The notes under the pieces were generated by a model. It was not told the DNA's origin, ran no database searches, and saw nothing but the letters and a program-made list of their open reading frames with translations. This document shows, piece after piece, positions 26,539 through 36,368 of a stretch of 64,000 nt of DNA. Every line of letters starts with the position of its first letter. Position 1 is the first letter of the stretch. The position numbers and the translations under genes were made by a program. The stretch spans positions 16,500 to 80,499 of the forward strand of contig JBGQHF010000002.1 in the NCBI GenBank assembly GCA_041497835.1, written 5' to 3'. Origin of the DNA: Terriglobia bacterium (lineage in GTDB: Bacteria; Acidobacteriota; Terriglobia; Acidiferrales; UBA7541).

Positions 26539-26710
26539 TTGGCGGCACGCGGCGCGACAGAAATGGCACCTGCTCGCGCCCGGTGGAATCCTATCAGCAA
26601 GTCCGGCCGGGACGGGATCGGCCTGAACGGATTCGGCGCAGCCCGCAGATCGGCCGGGTAAGGGCTTGCGAGACAGGTTATGATTCACAGGTCAGCGGAA
26701 GCGAGTCTCC

Positions 26711-28843
26711 GTGCGGCCCAAATTCCATCTCGTCCTCCTGATCCATGCCCACCAGCCCATCGGCAATTTCGGCAATGTGCTGGAGCAGGCCTACGAACAC
26801 TCTTACCTGCCCTTCCTCGATTGTCTCGAAAAGCACCCGGCGGTGCGCCTCGGACTGCATTACTCCGGCCCACTCCTGGAATGGATTGAGGCGCACCATC
26901 CCGAATACTTCGACCGCCTTCGCGCACTCGCCTTGCGCGGGCAGATCGAGCTGATCGGCGGCGGCTTCTACGAGCCGATTCTCGTGTCCATACCGCCGGC
27001 GGACCAACTGGAGCAAGTAACGCGGATGGCGGCGTACCTGGAAAAGCATTTCGGGCGGCGCCCCGCAGGCGCCTGGCTGGCCGAGCGCGTGTGGGAGCCT
27101 CAACTCCCGTCCGTGCTTGCGGAGGCCGGCGCCAGCTACACGCTGGTGGACGACATCCACTTCCTCTCCGCGGGTTTCGAACCACAAGAACTTTTCGGCG
27201 ATTACGTTGCCGAGGACCGCGGTCTGACCGTGAGGGTTCTGCCGGGTCTGAAAACGCTGCGCTACCTCATTCCGTTCGGGGCGGTCGAAGAGGTGATCGC
27301 TTTTCTGCGCGAAGCCGCCGGCGCGCATTCCGGCGGAATGGCCGCGATGGGCGATGACTGCGAGAAATTCGGCGTGTGGCCGGGAACCTACGATCACTGT
27401 TTCCGAGACGGCTGGCTGGAAGATTTTTTCCAGGCTCTGGAGAAGAACGCGAATTGGCTCGCCGTATCCACTCCGGCTGAATACTTTGCTGATCATGCGC
27501 CGCTCGGCCGCGCCGACCTCCCGACGGCGTCGTACAGCGAGATGATGGAGTGGGTTTTGCCGACGGGCACGCGGCAGCGGCTCCACGCCATCCGGAACGA
27601 ATTTCAGGCGCGCCCAGATGTGCTGGCGTTTCTGCGCGGCGGCTCCTGGCGCGGTTTCTTCCGGAAATACGCGGAAGCCAACCTGCTGAACAAGAAAATG
27701 TTGCGCGTGTCGGCAAAGCTCGCGCAAGCCCCTCGCCGCCGCGCGGGCACGCGCGCCGCGGCAGAGATGGCGCAAGCGCGCACGCATCTGCTCCGCGCAC
27801 AGTGCAACGATGCCTACTGGCACGGCATTTTCGGCGGGATTTACGCGCCCCACCTGCGCACAGCTCTCTGGCGCGAGCTGATCCAGGCGGAAACCATCGC
27901 CGGCCGCCATTCACGAGGAGGGCTGCACCCGCGGGTTGAGGCGGCGGACTATGACGCCGATGGGGCGCAGGAGCTGATTTTTTCCTCGCCGGAATATCTC
28001 GGATTGCTGAAGCCCTCCGACGGAGGGACGCTGGCGGCGTTCGATTTCCGCGCTGCTTCGGCCACGCTCGTCAATTCCGTCATGCGCCGCCGCGAGGAGT
28101 ATCATGCGCGGCTCGCCAGCGCGTCCTCCGGCGCGTCCGGCGGCGTGGCCTCCATCCACGAGCAAACGCGGGTGAAAGAACCGGGTCTGGAGCGCTATCT
28201 GAAGTATGACCGCTGGCCGCGGCACGCCTTCCGCGTGATGATCTTCGACGCCTCCCGCCCGCAGTCCGACTACGCGGCCCTTCAGCTCGGAGAGAACGCA
28301 TCCTTCGCCGCGGGGGAATATGCCGTGCGAGAGTCCCAGGCGCACGGGGCGGAATTGTTTCGGGAAGATACGCTTACCGCAGCCGTGGAAGATGCCACGC
28401 TCGAGGCGCTCGAGGTAACAAAACGATTTTCCTTCGGGGCGGCGCCGCGCGGTTGCGAGGTCGCCTGCGAGATCGCGGTGAAATGCAAGCACTCTCCGGC
28501 GCGGCCGCTCGCCGTCGGGCTCGAATCCATCGTGAACCTTCTGGCTCCGAACGAGCCGGACCGCTTCTTTGAGACGCCGGAAGGCCGCCAGCCGCTTCGC
28601 TGGGGCGGCGCCGTTCCGGGGCCGATGCTGCGGATGGAAGATGGATGGCAGCGCGTCCGCGTGGCGCTCCATGCGCCCGAAGCGAAGGAATTCTGGGTCG
28701 CGCCGATCGAGACCGTGTCCGAATCCGAAGAAGGCTTTGAGCGGGTCTACCAGGGCTCGCAAATCCTCGCTGTCTGGTATCCCCTCCTCACCGCGCCAAA
28801 AACCTGGTCGGCGAGGCTGGTCTGGCGCATCGAATCGTTTTAA
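26711..28843 (+). CDS. GH57 alpha-amylase/4-alpha-glucanotransferase
   Basis: HAHQP, GGGFYEPIL, WLAERVWEP, GDDCEKFG, SYSEMMEW, QCNDAYWHGIFGG. Confidence 0.92.
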   Translation: MRPKFHLVLLIHAHQPIGNFGNVLEQAYEHSYLPFLDCLEKHPAVRLGLHYSGPLLEWIEAHHPEYFDRLRALALRGQIELIGGGFYEPILVSIPPADQLEQVTRMAAYLEKHFGRRPAGAWLAERVWEPQLPSVLAEAGASYTLVDDIHFLSAGFEPQELFGDYVAEDRGLTVRVLPGLKTLRYLIPFGAVEEVIAFLREAAGAHSGGMAAMGDDCEKFGVWPGTYDHCFRDGWLEDFFQALEKNANWLAVSTPAEYFADHAPLGRADLPTASYSEMMEWVLPTGTRQRLHAIRNEFQARPDVLAFLRGGSWRGFFRKYAEANLLNKKMLRVSAKLAQAPRRRAGTRAAAEMAQARTHLLRAQCNDAYWHGIFGGIYAPHLRTALWRELIQAETIAGRHSRGGLHPRVEAADYDADGAQELIFSSPEYLGLLKPSDGGTLAAFDFRAASATLVNSVMRRREEYHARLASASSGASGGVASIHEQTRVKEPGLERYLKYDRWPRHAFRVMIFDASRPQSDYAALQLGENASFAAGEYAVRESQAHGAELFREDTLTAAVEDATLEALEVTKRFSFGAAPRGCEVACEIAVKCKHSPARPLAVGLESIVNLLAPNEPDRFFETPEGRQPLRWGGAVPGPMLRMEDGWQRVRVALHAPEAKEFWVAPIETVSESEEGFERVYQGSQILAVWYPLLTAPKTWSARLVWRIESF

Positions 28844-28880
28844 GCCGCCACCCGGCGGTCTCGTTTCTCTGGAGGATTCA

Positions 28881-29450
28881 ATGGACGGGCAACGCCCTCT
28901 CTTTATCCCGGTGATTCTCGGCACGGTGCGCAAGGGACGCATGAGCGAGCACGCGGCGCGGCTGATGGTGCAGGAAGTGGCCAAGCGTCCCGGTGTGGTA
29001 ACGGAGCTCATCGACATCGCCAAGCTGACCTTGCGGCTGGATGACGCTGGAGAAGCTGTCAAGGACCCCGTATTTTCCGAAAAGATGAACCGCGCGGATG
29101 CGCTGGTGATCGTCTCACCGGAATACAATCACGGTTATTCGGGCCTGCTGAAGCACGTTCTCGACAGCTGCCTGAAGGAATACGTCCACAAGGCCGTCGG
29201 AATCGCCGGCGTTTCCGCGGGGCCGTTTGGCGGCGTTCGCTCGATTCAGAATCTGCTCCCGGTCCTGCGCGAGCTCGGCCTGGTGACAATATTCTGGGAT
29301 GTGAATTTTTCGAACGTGAGGGACGTCTTTGCGGAAGACGGCTCGCTGAAAGATGCGTCCTTTACCCGCCGAATCGACAAATTCCTCAAGGAACTGATGT
29401 GGATGGGAAAAACCCTGCGTTACGGCCGCGAGAGCATCGCGCTGGAGTAG
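28881..29450 (+). CDS. NADPH-dependent FMN reductase
   Basis: GTVRKGRMS, VSPEYNHGYSGLLK, GGVRS. Confidence 0.9.
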   Translation: MDGQRPLFIPVILGTVRKGRMSEHAARLMVQEVAKRPGVVTELIDIAKLTLRLDDAGEAVKDPVFSEKMNRADALVIVSPEYNHGYSGLLKHVLDSCLKEYVHKAVGIAGVSAGPFGGVRSIQNLLPVLRELGLVTIFWDVNFSNVRDVFAEDGSLKDASFTRRIDKFLKELMWMGKTLRYGRESIALE

Positions 29451-29463
29451 CCAAGGAGGGACA

Positions 29464-29655
29464 ATGCCGGTGAAGGGTTCAGGAAAAATGAAGTGCCCAG
29501 AGTGCGGCGTGGACATGAATCATCACGCCGAGAAGCTTGTCGAACCGACGAATGCGGGGGAAGCTGCCCAGGCCGATCCCAAGCTTGGCGGCCTCGTGGA
29601 AGAAATGCACACCTGCCCGGTGTGCGGTCTTGTCCACTCGCGTCGGCAGGGCTGA
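29464..29655 (+). CDS. Small CPxCG zinc-finger-like protein
   Basis: CPECG ... CPVCG; strong RBS AGGAGG. Confidence 0.7.
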   Translation: MPVKGSGKMKCPECGVDMNHHAEKLVEPTNAGEAAQADPKLGGLVEEMHTCPVCGLVHSRRQG

Positions 29656-29721
29656 ATCCGCCAGAAAGCATGCAAGAAGAGTTCTCGCCGCAATGGCGCT
29701 AGGGCGCGCCCCGACCAATCT

Positions 29722-30690
29722 CTATTCCGCGAAGAGCAGGTTCTGCGCGAACGGCCACTCCTCATCAATCCACTGCGCTTCGCACCGGAAGCCCGTGCGG
29801 GCGGCCATCTCGATCACTTCCGCTGGAAAATACTTGTGGGAGCTTTCTGTCCAGAGGGTCTCATTCTCCTGCAGCATGACGCGCAGCCCCGCCGCCGGAA
29901 TACGGACGGTCTGCCGGCAGGTTGAACGCAGGTGCATTTCGATGCGCCGCTCCGCCGCGTTCCAACGCGCTTCGTGGCGGAACGAGGCAAGATCGAAATC
30001 GGCGCCCAGTTCTCGGTTCATGCGCGCAAGGAGATTCAGGTTGAAAGCCGCCGTGACCCCCGCCGGATCCTCGTAGGCAAGAATCATTCTCGTGACAGGT
30101 TTTACCAGGTCCGTTCCCAGGAGCAGGGCATCGCCCGGAGAGAGGGTGGTGCGAACCCCGCGCAGAAATTCTTCGCCTGCGTCGCGATCGAAATTCCCGA
30201 TGGTACTGCCCAGGAAAAGCACGAGAAGATGTTCGCCGTCCCCTCGGCGTTGCGCCGCGGCTTGGAGGCCCTCCAGGTAGGGCCGCTCATACCCGAGGAT
30301 GCTGACCAAATCTATGTGCCCGAGCTCTTTTTCGCACGCGGCCAGGGCCGAAGGAGATATTTCAATCGGGAAGTAATGGGTTCGCTGGTGCCGCGATAGG
30401 GATTCGAGGATCCACCGCGTCTTCTTGCCGCTCCCGCTGCCGAGCTCCGCGACCAGCACGGGCAACGGCAGCCTGCCGACAATCTTATCCGCGTGCCGCT
30501 CCAGCAGCCGCGCATCCGCGCGCGTGAGGCCATATTCCGGCAGGACGCAGATCGTTTCGAAAAGCGCGGAACCCACTTCGTCGTATAGATATTTCGAGGG
30601 AAGCTCCCGCTCGAAGGGTTTGGTCAGGCTTTCGCGGACATCGGCCGCGAATTCCGACACGTGTCGCGCTGGAAGGGTCTGTAGCAGCAT
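29722..30690 (-). CDS. egtD: L-histidine N-alpha-methyltransferase
   Basis: LPSKYLYDEVGSALFETICVLPEYG, ELGSGSG, FLGSTIGNF, WTESSHKY. Confidence 0.93.
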   Translation of the reverse strand: MLLQTLPARHVSEFAADVRESLTKPFERELPSKYLYDEVGSALFETICVLPEYGLTRADARLLERHADKIVGRLPLPVLVAELGSGSGKKTRWILESLSRHQRTHYFPIEISPSALAACEKELGHIDLVSILGYERPYLEGLQAAAQRRGDGEHLLVLFLGSTIGNFDRDAGEEFLRGVRTTLSPGDALLLGTDLVKPVTRMILAYEDPAGVTAAFNLNLLARMNRELGADFDLASFRHEARWNAAERRIEMHLRSTCRQTVRIPAAGLRVMLQENETLWTESSHKYFPAEVIEMAARTGFRCEAQWIDEEWPFAQNLLFAE

Positions 30691-30714
30691 CGTGTGGCTC
30701 CCAAGGGCCAGGAT

Positions 30715-32043
30715 TCAATCTTCGACGCAGCGAAACGTCGCGTACACATACGGGTAGTGGCCCTGGAACCAGTTCCGGAACGACCGACGCAGCATGCAGG
30801 CCGCCGTTCGCGGTGAGCCGCCCTTCATGACGTAGTGCTTGCCGTCAAAGAAATTTGCGGAATATCCCGGATAAAACGGGGCTGGAGCGAAGCCGGGAAA
30901 CGGACCGAACACGGTGCGCGTCCATTCCCAGCCGTTTCCGACCAGGTCCTGCACGCCGAACGCACTTGCCCCCGCCGGATGCGATCCCACCGGAGCAGGA
31001 TCCCACCGGTGAAAATCAAAATTACCGTGCCTCTCGCCGGGCGCTTCCTCGCCCCACGGATAGTTGCGCTCGAGTCCTTCCGGCGTGCCGTATGCCGCCC
31101 GGTGGAACTGCTCTTCCGTGGGAAGCTTCCGGTCCAGCCATTTCGCGTAGGCCGAAGCCTCGGCGTGACTCACATACGCGGGCCATTCGAGCGGGAGGCG
31201 AATTTCACCGAACATGGCCCGGTGCATCCACAGATTACCGTCGCGCTTCCAGAACGCCGGATGGCGCACCCCGGCCTTCTCTTTCCAGCTCCAGTCGTCG
31301 GCGCTCCAGAGAGCCCGGTTTTCGTACCCGCCGGCCTCGAGGAATTGCAAGAAATCGCCGTTGGAAACGTTGCAGGCGTCCATCGCAAATTCGGCAACGT
31401 CCACTTCGTGCTCGCCGAACTCGTTGTCCCAGCCGAATTCCTCTCCCGTCACTTTCTGGATGCCAAGAATCGCCCGGCCCGCCAGAATCTCAACCATCCG
31501 ACACTTGACGCGTCCCCGTACGGAGGCGGGCCCGACGTGGCCCGGAAATTTTCTTTCCACGGGTAGCTGGTGAAGTAAATAAGCAAGCGTTTCCGCGTGC
31601 ATCAGGCGGTGCTCGATCGCCGCTTCGAGCATGGCGGTGAGGTGGGGATGTCCCTCCGAGGGCCGTTGCAGCGCGCGGTCAATCGTGGCGTCGAGCTCTT
31701 CCCGTAGCCGCCGGTTGTAGTTCTCCACTTCCTCACGGGCCGGCCAGTCGCTGGGCTTATCGGAGGGAAGCCCTCCGTCCACGGGATCAATGCCGAAGGC
31801 GAAGAGCTTGTCGAACGCAGGGTGGACAGAGCGCAGCCCGAAGGCGCGATGCGCGAGGAGGTTCCAATCAAACGCTTCGACGTGGCCGAGGTAAAAAATA
31901 ATTCGGTGGCGCTCGTCAATCGCGCGATCATAGAGCGCTTCCGGCCGGACGATCTGAAACAGCTCGTCCGTGCGCGCACGCGCGTCTAGCAGGCGCGTCT
32001 GAAGATCGTGGCGGATACGAACCGCAGTGGCGAGGACTCCCAT
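30715..32043 (-). CDS. egtB: Ergothioneine sulfoxide synthase (DinB plus FGE-sulfatase domains)
   Basis: FYLGHVEAFD, EHRLMHAETL (HxxxHxE), GWDNE, GNGWEW, SFRNWFQ; adjacent to egtD. Confidence 0.9.
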   Translation of the reverse strand: MGVLATAVRIRHDLQTRLLDARARTDELFQIVRPEALYDRAIDERHRIIFYLGHVEAFDWNLLAHRAFGLRSVHPAFDKLFAFGIDPVDGGLPSDKPSDWPAREEVENYNRRLREELDATIDRALQRPSEGHPHLTAMLEAAIEHRLMHAETLAYLLHQLPVERKFPGHVGPASVRGRVKCRMVEILAGRAILGIQKVTGEEFGWDNEFGEHEVDVAEFAMDACNVSNGDFLQFLEAGGYENRALWSADDWSWKEKAGVRHPAFWKRDGNLWMHRAMFGEIRLPLEWPAYVSHAEASAYAKWLDRKLPTEEQFHRAAYGTPEGLERNYPWGEEAPGERHGNFDFHRWDPAPVGSHPAGASAFGVQDLVGNGWEWTRTVFGPFPGFAPAPFYPGYSANFFDGKHYVMKGGSPRTAACMLRRSFRNWFQGHYPYVYATFRCVED

Positions 32044-32184
32044 GGCGTTTTCCCCTCCGAGTTGGATGCCTGCCCTGCCTGAAGGATTCAGCCGAATCTT
32101 GCTACGCGAGAGGGAGGGAGACAGTAGAATGACCCCCCAGCCCGGTGCAAGTCAATCGAAAGGATGGCGAAATCGAGGGGAGCA

Positions 32185-32940
32185 ATGTCATCCGCCGATA
32201 AGGCAATCGTATTCAAAGATGTGACCTGGCAGGTGAACGGGCGCGCGATCGTGGCTGGTGTGTCGCTCGAGATTTCCACAGGCGAAACCATCGTTCTCCT
32301 GGGCCGCAGCGGAGCCGGAAAGACCACCCTGCTGCGCTTGATCAATCGCCTGCTGGTGCCTTCGGCCGGCGAAGTCCGCGTTCGCGAGCGCGCGACCACC
32401 GCTTGGGATCCCATCCGGCTCCGGCGCGAGATGGGGTACGTCATTCAAGAGGGCGGCCTCTTTCCCCATTACACGGTGGCCGAGAACATAGGGCTTGTGC
32501 CTGCCCTCGAGGGCTGGGATGGCCCGCGGGTGAAGAGCCGCGTAGAAGAGATGCTGCGGCTGGTCGGCCTGGACCCAGCGGAGTTTGCAGCGCGCCGGCC
32601 GCGCGAGCTCTCTGGCGGGCAGCGGCAACGCGTCGGCGTGGCGCGCGCGCTGGCGGCGGACCCGGCGATCCTTCTCATGGACGAACCGTTCGGCGCGCTC
32701 GACCCGGTGACGCGCGCCGAATTGCAGCGCGAATTCCGCGCCCTCGCGAGGCGGCTTGGGAAAACAATTGTCTTTGTGACGCATGACGTTCGGGAAGGGC
32801 TCCTGCTCGGAACGCGCATCGCCTTGATGGCGGCGGGGCGGCTTGTTGCAGTGGCTCCCGCGCAGGAATTCTTGAAAATCGCGCATCCCGAGGTGCAGGC
32901 TTTTGCCGCCGCCCTGAATGCTTCCTCCGGAGCTGCCTGA
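32185..32940 (+). CDS. QAC/osmoprotectant ABC transporter ATPase (OpuBA/EgtV-like)
   Basis: GRSGAGKT, LSGGQRQR, LMDEPFGALD. Confidence 0.9.
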   Translation: MSSADKAIVFKDVTWQVNGRAIVAGVSLEISTGETIVLLGRSGAGKTTLLRLINRLLVPSAGEVRVRERATTAWDPIRLRREMGYVIQEGGLFPHYTVAENIGLVPALEGWDGPRVKSRVEEMLRLVGLDPAEFAARRPRELSGGQRQRVGVARALAADPAILLMDEPFGALDPVTRAELQREFRALARRLGKTIVFVTHDVREGLLLGTRIALMAAGRLVAVAPAQEFLKIAHPEVQAFAAALNASSGAA

Positions 32941-32964
32941 GATGCTTTGCCTTGGAGGTGTCCG

Positions 32965-33597
32965 ATGACACCCTGGACATTTTTCGTCGAGCACCATGGC
33001 GAGATTATCTCCGCCACCCTGGAGCATCTCGCTATCGTCGCCATGGCGATGTTTTTTGCGATCCTGATCGGTCTCCCGCTCGGCATGGCGCTGGTGGAGC
33101 GCCGCGCGCTCCGAGGGGCCGCGTTGGGCGTCGCGAACATCCTGCAGACCGTCCCGAGCCTGGCCCTCTTCGGCTTTCTCATCCCGATTCCGTTTATCGG
33201 CGGGATTGGCCGGCGCACGGCGGTCGTCGCGCTGGTCCTGTATGCGCTGCTCCCGATTCTCCGAAACACCTACGTGGGTCTCGCGAGCGTGGATCCCGCG
33301 GTCCTCGAAGCTGCCGAAGCGATGGGCATGACGCGGCAGCAGATTCTCTGGAGGGTGCGCATGCCGCTGTCGCTCGGCGTGATTCTGGCGGGCATTCGCA
33401 CCGCCACGGTCATCACCATCGGCGTGGCGACCATCGCCGCGGCGATCGGCGCAGGCGGCCTGGGATCGTTTATTTTTCGCGGCGTGGCCATGGTGAGCAA
33501 TGCCGTCATTCTCGCGGGCGCGGTTCCTGCGGCGCTCCTTGCCGTCGCGGCGGATCTCGCGCTCGGCTGGGCGGAGCGGCGGTTGAAAGCGGCTTGA
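32965..33597 (+). CDS. QAC ABC transporter permease
   Basis: LQTVPSLALFG, EAAEAMGM, LAGIRTA. Confidence 0.9.
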   Translation: MTPWTFFVEHHGEIISATLEHLAIVAMAMFFAILIGLPLGMALVERRALRGAALGVANILQTVPSLALFGFLIPIPFIGGIGRRTAVVALVLYALLPILRNTYVGLASVDPAVLEAAEAMGMTRQQILWRVRMPLSLGVILAGIRTATVITIGVATIAAAIGAGGLGSFIFRGVAMVSNAVILAGAVPAALLAVAADLALGWAERRLKAA

Positions 33598-33598
33598 G

Positions 33599-34480
33599 AT
33601 GCGACGCACCGCGTACCTCGTCCCGGCCGCTCTCTTGCTCCTTTCCCCGGGCTGCCGTTCACGGCGCGCCGATCACATCGTTATCGGCTCGAAGTTTTTC
33701 ACCGAGCAGGTTGTTCTCGCCGAACTCCTCGCGCAGCATATCGAGGCACGCACCGGAATCCGCGTCGAGCGGAAAAGCAATCTCGGCAGCACGCAGATCT
33801 GCCATCAAGCGTTGCGCGCCGGCGATCTCGATTTGTACGTTGAATACACCGGCACAGCGCTCACGGCGGTGCTCGGAGAAAAACCCGGCGGCGATTCCGC
33901 GGCGGTCTATCAGCGCGTCAAACAGGCCTATGGGGAGCAGTTCCATTTCGAAGTGACCGAGCCGCTCGGCTTCGAAAATACCTTTGCGATGGTGATTCGC
34001 GGCGACGATGCCCGCCAGAACCATTTGCGCACCATCTCGGAGATTGTCCCGCGCGCGCATCGCTGGCGCGCCGGCGTGGGGTATGAATTTCTCGAGCGCC
34101 CGGACGGCTTTCGCGGCTGGGCCGAGCGGTATGGCCTCCAGTTCGCCAAGCCGCCGCGCGTCATGGACCTCGGGCTCCTGTACCGCGCCTTGAAGGAAAA
34201 ACAGGTGGACATCGTCGCCGGCAACTCCACCGACGGCCTCATCGCCGCGCTGGATCTTGTGGCTCTTGAAGACGACCGCCACTATTTTCCGCCCTACGAC
34301 GCAGTTCCCATCGTCCGTCAGGAGACGCTCGCCCGCTTTCCGCAGCTTCGTGCTGCTCTCGCGGACTTCGCCGGAAGAATCACCGCCGAGGACATGCGCC
34401 GCCTCAACTACGCCGTGGACGGCGAGCACCGCGACGTCGCCGCCCTCGTCCGCGAATACCGTCTCGCAAAAGGTCTGTAG
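33599..34480 (+). CDS. QAC ABC substrate-binding lipoprotein (OpuBC/EgtUC-like)
   Basis: Lipobox LSPGC, IGSKFFTEQ, YVEYTGT, FENTFA, FPPYD. Confidence 0.9.
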   Translation: MRRTAYLVPAALLLLSPGCRSRRADHIVIGSKFFTEQVVLAELLAQHIEARTGIRVERKSNLGSTQICHQALRAGDLDLYVEYTGTALTAVLGEKPGGDSAAVYQRVKQAYGEQFHFEVTEPLGFENTFAMVIRGDDARQNHLRTISEIVPRAHRWRAGVGYEFLERPDGFRGWAERYGLQFAKPPRVMDLGLLYRALKEKQVDIVAGNSTDGLIAALDLVALEDDRHYFPPYDAVPIVRQETLARFPQLRAALADFAGRITAEDMRRLNYAVDGEHRDVAALVREYRLAKGL

Positions 34481-34576
34481 CGGCCGGCGCGAGGTTGCTC
34501 TGCGCAAACATCGTCTGCTAGAGTCGCAAAGCGCATTGAGACAACTCTCAAGCGACATTACCGCAGGGAAAAGACC

Positions 34577-34750
34577 ATGCCCATCAGCCAGGACCTGCTC
34601 GACATTCTTGTTTGCCCGGAGTGCAAAACTCCGGTGAAACTCACGCCCGACGGCGCCGGTCTGAAGTGCGCCACCTGCCGGCGCGTCTATCCAATCAAGG
34701 ATGAAATCCCCGTCATGCTTCCCGAGGAAGCGACCATCGCCCCGGAATAG
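34577..34750 (+). CDS. Trm112-family protein (absent from the ORF track)
   Basis: LLDILVCPECK ... CATCRRVYPIKDEIPVML. Confidence 0.9.
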   Translation: MPISQDLLDILVCPECKTPVKLTPDGAGLKCATCRRVYPIKDEIPVMLPEEATIAPE

Positions 34751-34756
34751 CTGCAC

Positions 34757-35818
34757 ATGACCTCTCTCCTCGCCGATTCCGTTCCCCGTTTGAAGCGATT
34801 GCTGGGCCGTTTGCGGGGAAGGCGCGCCGGCGTTTTCGGCGACCTGATGCTCGATCGCTACCTGTGGGGCACGGCGACGCGCCTCTCGCCCGAGGCGGCC
34901 GTGCCGGTGGTGGATTTTGTCGAGCAGAGCGAGTGCCTCGGCGGTGCAGGAAATGTGGCGGCGAATCTTGCGGCGCTCGGCGCCCGCGTGGAACTGTTTG
35001 GCGCAACGGGAAAGGACGAGCCCGGCTCCGCCCTGAGCAAGTGCCTTCGTGACGCCGGGATCGGCGACCGCGGCGTGATCGCCGACCCCCAGCGCCTCAC
35101 CACGGTGAAGACCCGCATCATTGCCCGCCACCAGCAGGTTGTCCGCGTGGACCACGAGCGGCGCGAGCCTTTGCGGAAGGAAACCGAAGAAGCGCTCGTC
35201 CGGCGCCTCCTCGCGTCCTTGCGCCGGCTCGACTTGCTCGTCCTCTCCGATTACGACAAAGGGCTCATCACCGATGCGCTCGCCGACCGCGTCCTGGGGG
35301 CATGCCATCGGCTGAAGGTTCCCGTGTTCGTGAAGCCCAAGACGTCGCGGCTGTATGCCTATCGCGGCGCCCGAGCCATCGTCTGCAACTCGAAAGAAGC
35401 GGGCTTTTTCGTGACGCGCTCCCTCTCCGAAGAAAAATCCGTGGAAGAAGCCGGGCGCGCGCTGCTGGCCCATTTTGGCTGCGCCGCGGTCGTCATCACC
35501 CGCGGCGAAAAGGGAATGAGCGTGTTCGAAGAAAGCTCGCCGCGCCACGTTCACGTGCCGGCGACGAGTTTCGAAGTGAGTTACGCCCGCGTCGGCCGAC
35601 CCGGCGTGGAAAGCAGCGCCAGCGGGCGCCAGGTCTTTGACGTCACCGGCGCGGGAGACACTGTGCTTTCCGTGCTTTCTCTGGGGGTCGCGGCCGGCGC
35701 TTCACTTCCCGACGCCGCAGTGCTCGCGAATACCGCGGCCGGCGTCGTTGTCGGCAAACTTGGAACAGCCATTGTAAGTCCGAAAGAGCTGGCCGCAGCG
35801 CTCGACGATCTTCGCTAG
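34757..35818 (+). CDS. rfaE1: Heptose-7-phosphate kinase (PfkB family, RfaE domain I)
   Basis: GDLMLDRY, RLSPEAAVPVV, GGAGNVAAN, SDYDKG, DVTGAGDT. Confidence 0.9.
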   Translation: MTSLLADSVPRLKRLLGRLRGRRAGVFGDLMLDRYLWGTATRLSPEAAVPVVDFVEQSECLGGAGNVAANLAALGARVELFGATGKDEPGSALSKCLRDAGIGDRGVIADPQRLTTVKTRIIARHQQVVRVDHERREPLRKETEEALVRRLLASLRRLDLLVLSDYDKGLITDALADRVLGACHRLKVPVFVKPKTSRLYAYRGARAIVCNSKEAGFFVTRSLSEEKSVEEAGRALLAHFGCAAVVITRGEKGMSVFEESSPRHVHVPATSFEVSYARVGRPGVESSASGRQVFDVTGAGDTVLSVLSLGVAAGASLPDAAVLANTAAGVVVGKLGTAIVSPKELAAALDDLR

Positions 35819-35901
35819 CATAGAAATTGGTCAGCGCATCCCTGTTCGGTCAGATCAAGCAGGAATCCACGCACAGGCGGGAGCTTCCGCTACGGCCAAT
35901 C

Positions 35902-36363
35902 TCATGGCGGGAACGTAAAGGACTTATCCTTCGATTCCACCCAGACACTCACCGTGCGCGTGCGCCGGTGTTTCTCGATGTCATTCGCGGGGGGCAATGG
36001 AGCGAAGGGGCTGATATTCACGGACACGATCACGCCGCTCCCGCCGCGCGGCAAGCTGGCCTTTACGATCTCATAGCTCTTTACCGGGCCGTAGTAGCCG
36101 TTGGGCCCCCAGTCGGCCAGAAAATCCTGCATCGTATAACTGGGCGCCGGCTTCCAGATTTGATACGCGCGCACCATGTCCCCGGCCACCACGGCGTCGA
36201 AAAATTTCTCCGCCGCTTTCTTCTCCGGATAGAAACGGAAACTCCACCAGGCAAGCAGCGCGAGCACCACGACACCCGACAGGACCATCCATGCGAGCCG
36301 ACGCGATTTCGCCCGCGGATCCGGCGGAGTTTCAAGCATGAACATGGGCGGACCTCGCGGCAC
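35902..36363 (-). CDS. Hypothetical single-TM protein
   Basis: TM segment followed by an NTF2-like AEKFFDAVVAGD; abuts the ABC operon. Confidence 0.7.
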   Translation of the reverse strand: MPRGPPMFMLETPPDPRAKSRRLAWMVLSGVVVLALLAWWSFRFYPEKKAAEKFFDAVVAGDMVRAYQIWKPAPSYTMQDFLADWGPNGYYGPVKSYEIVKASLPRGGSGVIVSVNISPFAPLPPANDIEKHRRTRTVSVWVESKDKSFTFPP

Positions 36364-36368
36364 GCATT

